DNA of 32,000 nt from Erysipelotrichaceae bacterium (GTDB lineage: Bacteria > Bacillota_I > Bacilli_A > Erysipelotrichales > Coprobacillaceae). Position numbers and translations under genes: made by a program. Location of the stretch: positions 90,001 through 122,000 of the forward strand of contig JAQVDW010000003.1 of the NCBI GenBank assembly GCA_028698185.1, given 5' to 3'. The notes under the pieces are model-generated. The model did no database searches. It saw nothing but the letters and a program-made list of their open reading frames with translations, and was not told the DNA's origin. Position 1 is the stretch's first letter; each line of letters starts with the position of its first letter. This document shows positions 16,366-23,741 of this stretch, one piece after another.

Positions 16366-19029
16366 ATGGCAGAAAAGAAAGTTGCTAAAACTGAAGTTGT
16401 AGCGACGGCAGCGGCTCCTACTGAAGCTGAAACTGACGCGCATATCGATGGTCTTGTAACTAAAGCGTTACAAGCATTGAAAGAATTTGAATCATTTAAT
16501 CAAGAACAAGTTGACCACATCGTGGCTAAATGTTCTGTTGCTGGGTTGGATGCTCATGGTATCTTGGCTGAAGCTGCAGTTAAAGAAACTGGTCGTGGTG
16601 TTTTTGAAGATAAAGCAGTTAAAAACTTATTCGCTTGTGAATACGTAACATCTAACTTGCGTCATACAAAAACTGTTGGAATCATCAGCGAAGATCCAAT
16701 CACTGGAATCACTGAAATTGCTGAACCAGTTGGTGTTGTATGTGGTATCGTCCCAACTACAAACCCTACTTCAACAACAATTTTCAAATGTTTGATCGCA
16801 TTAAAAACTAGAAACCCAATCATCTTCTCATTCCATCCATCAGCTCATGAATGTTCAAAACAAGCTGCAATCGTAATCAGAGATGCTGCAATTGCTGCAG
16901 GTGCTCCTGAAAACTGTATCCAATGGTTGGAAATCAAATCTATGTACGCAACTGGTGCAATCATGAACCACCCAGGTATCGCAACAATCCTGGCAACTGG
17001 TGGTAACGCGATGGTTAAGGCTGCTTACTCATGCGGAAAACCTGCATTGGGTGTAGGGGCTGGTAACGTTCCTGCTTATGTTGAAAAAACAGCTATCATC
17101 AAACGTGCTGCAAATGATATCTTCTTATCAAAAGCGTTCGACAACGGTATGATCTGTGCTTCTGAACAAGCTGCGATCGTAGACCAAGAAATCTATGACG
17201 AATTCAAAGCTGAAATCGGAAGATACCCAGTTCACTTCGCTAACGCTAAAGAAAAGAAATTATTAGAAAAATTCATGTTCGGTGTTGAGAGTGGTGCTCA
17301 AAACGTTGATGCTGCAAAATTAAATGCTGCTGTCGTTGGTAAACCTGCTGCTTGGATCGCTGAACAAGCTGGATTCACTGTAGCTCCTGAAACTCAAGTA
17401 ATCGTTGCTGAATGTGGTGAAGTTGGTCCTAACGAACCATTAACTCGTGAAAAATTATCTCCAGTATTGGCTATGTTGAAATCTACTTCAACTGAAGATG
17501 GTATCGAATTAGCTGGTCAAATGGTTGAATTCAACGGTCTAGGTCACTCGGCTGCAATCCATACAGAAGATCATGACATCACTGTAAGATTTGGAAAAAG
17601 ATGTAAAGCTATCCGTATTATTGAAAACGCACCTTCTACATTCGGTGGAATCGGTTCAGTTTACAATGCCTTCATTCCTTCATTAACTTTAGGATGTGGT
17701 TCTTATGGACACAACTCAGTTTCTAACAACGTAAGTGCGGTAAACTTAATCAATATCAAAAGAATCGGGAGACGTAACAATAATATGCAATGGGTTAAAC
17801 TTCCACCAAAAATCTATTTCGAAAGAAACTCTATCCAATATCTGAAAGATATGAAAGATATGGAAAAATGTATGATCGTAACTGACAAAGCTATGTACAA
17901 TTTAGGTTACGTTGAAAAAATCGAAAACGTTATCCGTCGTCGTAACAACAAAGTAGACATCGAATTATTCTTCGAAGTTGAACCGGATCCATCTTTGGAA
18001 ACAGTATACAAAGGTGTTGAAATCATGAAAAACTTCGCTCCTGATTGCATTATCGCATTAGGTGGTGGTTCTTCAATGGATGCTGCTAAAATCATGTGGT
18101 TATTATACGAAAACCCAACTGTAGTATTCGATGACCTGAAACAAAAATTCATGGATATCCGCAAACGTGCATTCAAATTCCCTGAATTAGGTAAAAAAGC
18201 TAAAATGATCTGTATCCCAACAACTTCAGGTACAGGTTCAGAAGTTACTCCTTTCGCAGTAATCACTGATAAAGCTGAAAACAAAAAATACCCATTGGCT
18301 GACTACGCTTTAACTCCAACTGTAGCAATCGTTGACCCTGAGTTCGTAGCGACTTTACCAAAAGCAGTTGCTGCTGATACTGGTATCGACGTATTGACTC
18401 ATGCGGTTGAAGCATACGTTTCAATCCTGGCTTCTGACTTCACAGACGGATGGGCTAAACAATCAATCAAGATGATCTTCGATTACTTAGAAGAATCAGT
18501 AAATGAAGCAACTCCAATTTCTCGTGAAAAAATGCATAATGCCGCGACTATCGCTGGTATGGCTTTCGCTAATGCTTTCTTAGGTGTAAACCACTCATTA
18601 GCTCATAAAATCGGTGGGGAATTCCACGTACCTCATGGACGTACAAATGGTATCTTATTGCCACACGTAATCCGTTACAACGGAACTATCCCAACTAAAT
18701 TGAATATCTGGCCAAAAATCGAAAACTATAAAGCTGATGTCAAATACATGGAATTGGCTCAATTGATCGGTTTGAATCCAAAAACTCCTGCTGAAGGTGT
18801 TGCTATGTTCGCTGACGCATGTGAAGAATTATGTGCTAAAGTCGGATTGGCTTGCAACTTCGAATCTCAAGGTATCTCTAAAGAAGCTTGGGATGAAGCT
18901 AAACACCGTATCGCTATGAACGCATACGAAGATCAATGTACACCTTGTAACCCAAGAATGCCATTGATCAATGACATGGAAAAAATGCTGGAAAATGTTT
19001 ACAGCTACAAAAGCAAATTTTCTAAATAA
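16366..19029 (+). CDS. adhE: Bifunctional acetaldehyde-CoA/alcohol dehydrogenase
   Basis: 887 aa. N-terminal ALDH domain (MICASEQ catalytic Cys region) fused to a C-terminal Fe-ADH domain (GGGSSMDAAK, HSLAHKIGG, HG). Strong GGAGGA RBS. Confidence 0.96.
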   Translation: MAEKKVAKTEVVATAAAPTEAETDAHIDGLVTKALQALKEFESFNQEQVDHIVAKCSVAGLDAHGILAEAAVKETGRGVFEDKAVKNLFACEYVTSNLRHTKTVGIISEDPITGITEIAEPVGVVCGIVPTTNPTSTTIFKCLIALKTRNPIIFSFHPSAHECSKQAAIVIRDAAIAAGAPENCIQWLEIKSMYATGAIMNHPGIATILATGGNAMVKAAYSCGKPALGVGAGNVPAYVEKTAIIKRAANDIFLSKAFDNGMICASEQAAIVDQEIYDEFKAEIGRYPVHFANAKEKKLLEKFMFGVESGAQNVDAAKLNAAVVGKPAAWIAEQAGFTVAPETQVIVAECGEVGPNEPLTREKLSPVLAMLKSTSTEDGIELAGQMVEFNGLGHSAAIHTEDHDITVRFGKRCKAIRIIENAPSTFGGIGSVYNAFIPSLTLGCGSYGHNSVSNNVSAVNLINIKRIGRRNNNMQWVKLPPKIYFERNSIQYLKDMKDMEKCMIVTDKAMYNLGYVEKIENVIRRRNNKVDIELFFEVEPDPSLETVYKGVEIMKNFAPDCIIALGGGSSMDAAKIMWLLYENPTVVFDDLKQKFMDIRKRAFKFPELGKKAKMICIPTTSGTGSEVTPFAVITDKAENKKYPLADYALTPTVAIVDPEFVATLPKAVAADTGIDVLTHAVEAYVSILASDFTDGWAKQSIKMIFDYLEESVNEATPISREKMHNAATIAGMAFANAFLGVNHSLAHKIGGEFHVPHGRTNGILLPHVIRYNGTIPTKLNIWPKIENYKADVKYMELAQLIGLNPKTPAEGVAMFADACEELCAKVGLACNFESQGISKEAWDEAKHRIAMNAYEDQCTPCNPRMPLINDMEKMLENVYSYKSKFSK

Positions 19030-19038
19030 TAACGACTG

Positions 19039-19062
19039 ACCCGGGAGATTCCCGGGTTTTTG
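19039..19062 (+). terminator. Intrinsic terminator after adhE
   Basis: ACCCGGGA/TCCCGGGT hairpin followed by a T-run. Confidence 0.85.
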
Positions 19063-19253
19063 CTTTGGTTATGTTAAAGTGAGGTAAATGCATACCTCAA
19101 TCATTTTCGGTGGGATCTCGATTAGGGAATAATTTTATGGAATTGTAGTAAATAATGGTAAATGGGCTGATTGGACCATTTGCCACAATTCAGTCATATT
19201 TTCCAAGTATGATATGATTGCAAATAAGAAAATTCAACTTCAGGAGGTTTGCT

Positions 19254-20120
19254 ATGAAAATAGTAATAAAAATGTTGGTCGATGTGACAATGATGGCCTT
19301 GTTCTTGCTTTTGATGTTTGGCTACAAGCTTTCACCGCTTTTTCACGAGATTGCCGGAATAGCCATCGGTGTCGTTTTCATGGTTCATATTCTATTGAAT
19401 CTGAAGGCAACCCAGGGAATATTGGGGTCATTGGCTTCTGGCCGTCTTAAGGGGGCGACCAAGGTCAATGCGATTTTGGATGTGATGCTGTTGGTCATGA
19501 TGCCTTTGGATATCATCAGTGGTCTGTTGGATTCCAAGTTCATCCTTTACAGCCCCTATAACTCCCTCATCTCAACCGTGCACCACGTATTTTCCTGGAT
19601 TGTCTTCGCGATCATCGCGGGGCATCTGTACCTGCATCTCAATTACTTGAAGGCGACCATAAAGTCCAAGTTCATGCGCGGGAAACAGTCCAAAGGGAAT
19701 GCCCTTGCTCTGATGGGGTTGTTGACGGTGGTCGGCGGGCTGTTCTTGAATTCATTCCTGCTGGTCCTCAACATCAACAACGATTCAGACATGGAATCGA
19801 ATGTCAGTGACTTGGATGATGATGACTCCGCATCTTCAACCGAAGATGACCAGATCGCTGACTCTTCATCAGGAGCTACGGATGACGACCAGTCGACTAC
19901 AGACGGTGGTGGAACAACTGACAAGACCATAACTCTAAGCGAGTATCTCAAGGGTTTAAACTGTGATGGCTGTGGCCGTCGTTGTTCTCTTGCGAACCCG
20001 AGATGTGGAATCGGTGAAAACCAGGCTGAACAGGCAACTTTGGATTATGAAAGACTCTATGGCCAAATTGACTCAAGCAATACCAGCCTTGTGGCTGCAA
20101 CAATAAGCTCGAGGGAATAA
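19254..20120 (+). CDS. DUF4405-like 5-TM His-rich membrane protein with an acidic D/S/T tail and a CxxCx3Cx6C motif
   Basis: Five hydrophobic helices carrying conserved-looking His residues (HEIAG, VHILLN, VHHVF, GHLYLH). Tail is NNDSDMESNVSDLDDDDSASSTEDDQIADSSSGATDDDQSTTDGGGTTD, followed by CDGCGRRCSLANPRC. ATG 19254 with CAGGAGG RBS is preferred over the track start at 19218. Confidence 0.6.
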   Translation: MKIVIKMLVDVTMMALFLLLMFGYKLSPLFHEIAGIAIGVVFMVHILLNLKATQGILGSLASGRLKGATKVNAILDVMLLVMMPLDIISGLLDSKFILYSPYNSLISTVHHVFSWIVFAIIAGHLYLHLNYLKATIKSKFMRGKQSKGNALALMGLLTVVGGLFLNSFLLVLNINNDSDMESNVSDLDDDDSASSTEDDQIADSSSGATDDDQSTTDGGGTTDKTITLSEYLKGLNCDGCGRRCSLANPRCGIGENQAEQATLDYERLYGQIDSSNTSLVAATISSRE

Positions 20121-20145
20121 AATTCACTAGTTTTTATCTGAATAA

Positions 20146-20154
20146 TGTTATAAT
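20146..20154 (+). promoter_or_regulatory. Candidate extended -10 promoter for the two-component operon
   Basis: TGtTATAAT exactly. No convincing -35. No terminator between the DUF4405 gene and this site. Confidence 0.45.
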
Positions 20155-20169
20155 CTAATTAACCTAAGA

Positions 20170-20196
20170 CTTTAAGTAAGTTTTAGGTTTTAATGG
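20170..20196 (+). promoter_or_regulatory. Shared 27-nt element, copy A (direct repeats TTTAAGT / TTTAGGT, 11-bp period)
   Basis: CTTTAAGTAAGTTTTAGGTTTTAATGG is 21/27 identical, ungapped, to copy B at 22150-22176. Ends 23 nt before the regulator ATG. Confidence 0.5.
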
Positions 20197-20219
20197 TATT
20201 ACTTAATTGGGGTGAAAAT

Positions 20220-20897
20220 ATGAGAATTTTACTGGCTGAAGATGAACGCGATATCGCAAATGTTTTGCAGGTAGTATTAAAACGCAATCACTATGAGGTT
20301 GATTGGGTCGGCAATGGAGTCGCTTTTGTAGACTATGTCGAAACAGGGAATTATGATCTGGCGGTCCTGGATATAATGATGCCCAAGATGGATGGCTTAA
20401 GCGCATTGAAGATAATCCGGGAAAGGGGATATGCGATTCCGGTAATCCTGTTGACGGCAAAAAGCGAGATCGATGACAAGGTAAATGGGTTAGATTCGGG
20501 CAGTGACGATTATCTGACCAAACCCTTTGCGACAAAAGAACTGTTGGCGCGGATCCGAATGCTTCTGCGGCGGAATAAAACTACGGTCGATAATGAACTT
20601 GCTTATGGGAATATTGCATTGTCCCGGGTTACCTATGTGCTTAAAGGTCCAAAACAAGAGTTCAAGCTGGCTTCAAAAGAGTTCCAATTGATCGAACTGC
20701 TCCTACAGCAGCCTGGCGCTGTCATTTCCACTGAGACGTTCATGGATAAAATATGGGGATATCAGAGCGAAAGTGAACTCAACGTGGTGTGGACCCATAT
20801 CTCCTATATCCGAAAGAAGCTCAAGGAAATAGGCTCCAACGTGACAATAAAGGCATCGCGGGGCGCGGGGTACTATTTGGAGGTAAACGATGATTAA
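20220..20897 (+). CDS. OmpR/PhoB-family response regulator
   Basis: Receiver domain (LLAEDE, LAVLDIMMPKMDG phospho-Asp, LTAKS, KPF) plus a winged-helix output domain (LSRVTYVL..., GAGYYLE). ATG 20220 (MRILLAEDE). Confidence 0.92.
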   Translation: MRILLAEDERDIANVLQVVLKRNHYEVDWVGNGVAFVDYVETGNYDLAVLDIMMPKMDGLSALKIIRERGYAIPVILLTAKSEIDDKVNGLDSGSDDYLTKPFATKELLARIRMLLRRNKTTVDNELAYGNIALSRVTYVLKGPKQEFKLASKEFQLIELLLQQPGAVISTETFMDKIWGYQSESELNVVWTHISYIRKKLKEIGSNVTIKASRGAGYYLEVNDD

Positions 20898-22122
20898 GAA
20901 ACTGCAACGGCGCTTTATTGTTATTGCTTTGGTCAGCGTTTCGGTGGTTTTTGTGACCATAATGGGCACGTTGCTTGTAAGCAACTACCTGAATATTGTC
21001 GAAAAGGCCAGCAACTCGATCGATCTTATCTATGTCTCGGCCGATCAGCTTGAAGCGGGACTATCCTACCGTGATTCAGGAAAAAAGCCGCCAACCGACG
21101 GATTGGATGTAAACTATGATTTCAGGGGACCAGAAGGTATTTTTTCATCACGCTTCTTCATTGTGAAACTCACTGACGGGACTGTCAGCGAAGTCAATGT
21201 CGACAACATCAGTGCTATCGATCAGACAAGCGCCGGCGAAATGGCTTTGGAGGTAATCGCCAATGAGGATGGGGTTTATGAGAATTATCGCTACAAGGTG
21301 TTTGACGAAGGGTCGAGCCAAACGGTAGTTTTCATCGACACTTATATGGAAATGCAGTCGTTCTATGAATTTTTGTCAAACACCGCAATCATGGGCGGTT
21401 TTGGTTTGGGAATGTTTATTCTTGTCGCCTGGTTCCTGTCAAAGATGGCAATAAGACCGCTGGTGGAATCGATTGAAAAACAGAAGCAATTCATCACCAA
21501 TGCTTCCCACGAATTGAAGACGCCATTGACTGTCATTTCCGCCAACAATGAAATGATCGAGCTCGATTATGGTCCGAATAACTGGTCCCAGGGGATCGAA
21601 AGGCAGGTTGGAAAAATGAACAAGCTGACGAATTCGCTGGTCACCTTGGCCCGTCTTGACGAACAGGATTATCATGTCGAGCTCAAGGAAATCGATTTGA
21701 GCGGCCTTGTCAAGGAAGTGGTTGATGATTACCGCGACCTGGCTCTTGTTGAAAATAAGGTCTTTGAGTGTGAGTTGGAACCGTTATCCCTCAAGGGCAA
21801 CGAGGAACTGCTCCGCCAGCTGGTTTCCATATTGCTCGACAACGCATTCAAGTATTCAAACAACAAAGGTTGGATCAAGATCCGCCTTAAAGTCGGAAAG
21901 AAGAAAACTCTTATTGTCGAGAACAGTGTGGAAGAAATAATTTCCGGAAGTCATGACGAAGTGTTCGAGCGCTTCACCAGGCTGGAACAGTCCAGGAACT
22001 CGAGTCTGGGTGGCTATGGAGTAGGGTTGGCCATTGCCAAATCAATTGTGGGCAGACACCATGGCAAAATCAAGGCTTATAGCGAAGACAACAACACTTT
22101 TACAATCAGGATTGATTTTTGA
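20890..22122 (+). CDS. Sensor histidine kinase (2 TM, extracytoplasmic domain of about 135 aa, HisKA + HATPase_c)
   Basis: TM helices at about residues 10-31 and 165-187. H-box FITNASHELKTPLT, N-box LLDNAFKY, and G-boxes GGYGVGLAI. 8-nt overlap with the regulator gene. Confidence 0.9.
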   Translation: MIKKLQRRFIVIALVSVSVVFVTIMGTLLVSNYLNIVEKASNSIDLIYVSADQLEAGLSYRDSGKKPPTDGLDVNYDFRGPEGIFSSRFFIVKLTDGTVSEVNVDNISAIDQTSAGEMALEVIANEDGVYENYRYKVFDEGSSQTVVFIDTYMEMQSFYEFLSNTAIMGGFGLGMFILVAWFLSKMAIRPLVESIEKQKQFITNASHELKTPLTVISANNEMIELDYGPNNWSQGIERQVGKMNKLTNSLVTLARLDEQDYHVELKEIDLSGLVKEVVDDYRDLALVENKVFECELEPLSLKGNEELLRQLVSILLDNAFKYSNNKGWIKIRLKVGKKKTLIVENSVEEIISGSHDEVFERFTRLEQSRNSSLGGYGVGLAIAKSIVGRHHGKIKAYSEDNNTFTIRIDF

Positions 22123-22124
22123 TC

Positions 22125-22146
22125 ACGGCTTCGGCCGTTTTTTTTC
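22125..22146 (+). terminator. Small intrinsic terminator after the kinase gene
   Basis: ACGGC-TTCG-GCCGT (UUCG tetraloop) followed by T8. The short stem may be leaky. Confidence 0.6.
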
Positions 22147-22149
22147 TTC

Positions 22150-22176
22150 CTTAAAGTACGTTTAAAGTTTTATTGC
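22150..22176 (+). promoter_or_regulatory. Shared 27-nt element, copy B (TTAAAGT x2, 11-bp period)
   Basis: CTTAAAGTACGTTTAAAGTTTTATTGC. Has a perfect 7-mer direct repeat at 22151-22157 and 22162-22168. Ends 28 nt before the VTC-gene ATG. Confidence 0.5.
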
Positions 22177-22204
22177 TAAGGTGATATTGTAAGGAGTGAA
22201 GAAT

Positions 22205-22951
22205 ATGGCAAATGACAGATTTGAACGCTTGGAATTCAAGTATCTGATTACCAGGCAGCAACAAAAAAAATTACTGGAAGTATTTCCGGGCGAGATCAAA
22301 ATTGACAGTTACGGGCGCACCGATATTTTCAACCTGTATCTCGATACCGATGATTTTCGGCTGATTCGCAATTCGATTGAAAAACCGGTCTATAAGGAAA
22401 AATTGAGGGTCAGATCATACGGCAAGGCGGCAGGCAGGGATCAAGTGTTTATCGAGTTGAAAAAGAAATACAAAGGTGTTGTCTACAAGCGGCGGATAGC
22501 TACAACCCAGGATGAGGCGCTCGATTCGCTGTTGGCAAGAAAGATCGACTGTTCCAGTCAAATTGGCCAGGAAATAGAATATTTCACCAAGTACTACCGT
22601 TCATTAAAACCCAGGATGTTCATCGGCTACGAGCGGGTGGCCTACTTTGATCCAAACAATCCTGATTTCAGGGTTACATTCGACGAAAACATCAGGTACC
22701 GGCTGAATAACCTGACATTGGACTGCAAGAACGAAGGGGCTTTGCTGATCGACAGCGACCACGTCTTGATGGAAATAAAGATTATGGGATCTTTTCCTCT
22801 ATGGCTGGCACAGGCACTGTCCATGTTGGAAATATCCAAATCAAGCTTTTCCAAGTATGGCAATGCATACAAGGAATGTCTTGAAAAGGGCCAGATTGAA
22901 ATCAAGACAAACATCAATTATAACGGACAAGGAGTAGTATCATATGCTTAA
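22205..22951 (+). CDS. VTC-domain protein (polyphosphate-polymerase-like triphosphate tunnel, CYTH/TTM superfamily)
   Basis: FERLEFKYLI first strand, KLRVRSYG, FIELKKKYKGVVYKRR, VLMEIK and SFSKYGNAY, matching my memory of the VTC family profile. AAGGAG RBS 8 nt before ATG 22205. Confidence 0.7.
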   Translation: MANDRFERLEFKYLITRQQQKKLLEVFPGEIKIDSYGRTDIFNLYLDTDDFRLIRNSIEKPVYKEKLRVRSYGKAAGRDQVFIELKKKYKGVVYKRRIATTQDEALDSLLARKIDCSSQIGQEIEYFTKYYRSLKPRMFIGYERVAYFDPNNPDFRVTFDENIRYRLNNLTLDCKNEGALLIDSDHVLMEIKIMGSFPLWLAQALSMLEISKSSFSKYGNAYKECLEKGQIEIKTNINYNGQGVVSYA

Positions 22952-23636
22952 TTCTATTATCGAACAACTTGCAACCACAACCACAAGTCAAATAACACTT
23001 ACATCGTTTTTTACCTGCATGGTTGCAGCGATGGTCATCGGGTTGGTAATCGCCAAAATGTACGAGTACAAAAACAGCTATAACAAGGGTTTTGTGATCA
23101 CCCTGGCAATGCTGCCCTCAATTGTGACGCTGGTAATCATGATGGTCAATGGAAATATCGGAACTGGGGTGGCAGTCGCGGGTGCATTTTCGCTTGTCCG
23201 CTTCCGTTCGCAGCCGGGAAGTGCCCGGGAAATAAACGCGATATTCTTTACGATGGCCACCGGACTGGCCACCGGAATGGGTTATCTGCTTATTGCCGTT
23301 GTTTTCACCGCAATCATGGCGATATTCAATCTGGTGCTTGTAACCAGCGCCTTTGGTGAAGGCGGCGGGACAATCGCGACAAAGGAAATAAGGATCACAA
23401 TTCCGGAAAATCTAGATTATGAAAATGTGTTCAGTGATATTTTTGAAAGGGCGACAAAAAAGTATCGCCTGGTCGAGGTTAAGACAACCAATATGGGGAG
23501 TCTTTTCAAGCTTCGCTATGAAGTCGAATATAAGGAAGGCATATCCGAGAAAGAGCTGATTGACCAGCTGCGCTGTCGCAATGGAAATCTCGAGATATCG
23601 AGCTCGTATGCGGCAGTGGCCATGACCGAGTTGTAA
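22944..23636 (+). CDS. DUF4956-like membrane protein (4 TM plus a C-terminal soluble domain)
   Basis: AVAGAFSLVRFRSQPGSAREINAIFFTMATGLATGMGY core between hydrophobic helices. About 90-aa alpha/beta-looking tail. 8-nt overlap with the VTC gene. The VTC + DUF4956 gene pairing is recurrent in bacteria, as far as I recall. Confidence 0.65.
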   Translation: MLNSIIEQLATTTTSQITLTSFFTCMVAAMVIGLVIAKMYEYKNSYNKGFVITLAMLPSIVTLVIMMVNGNIGTGVAVAGAFSLVRFRSQPGSAREINAIFFTMATGLATGMGYLLIAVVFTAIMAIFNLVLVTSAFGEGGGTIATKEIRITIPENLDYENVFSDIFERATKKYRLVEVKTTNMGSLFKLRYEVEYKEGISEKELIDQLRCRNGNLEISSSYAAVAMTEL

Positions 23637-23659
23637 ACGGCAATTATTGCCGTTTTTTT
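23636..23659 (+). terminator. Intrinsic terminator after the DUF4956 gene
   Basis: AACGGCAA-TTA-TTGCCGTT followed by a T-run to 23659. Confidence 0.8.
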
Positions 23660-23741
23660 GATGATGTTTTTCAACATGGCACTTCAATTTTTTCCAGGAA
23701 TATGGTTTAATTAATTTAGGTGAATTTGAGGGTGATGCAAT

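Noticed and set aside
19074-19091. Third copy of the TTAAAGT repeat element upstream of the DUF4405-like gene (TTAAAGTgaggTAAATGC)
   Set aside because: Only the first 7-mer matches and the second is weak. A single AT-rich 7-mer is expected by chance in this much intergenic DNA. It is worth rescoring once a matrix exists.
20161-20190. Hairpin AACCTAA...TTAGGTT as a terminator between the DUF4405-like gene and the regulator gene
   Set aside because: The stem is AT-rich with 7-9 bp and an 11-nt loop, and only 2-3 U residues follow it. It also lies downstream of the candidate promoter. It is more simply explained as part of the shared 27-nt element.
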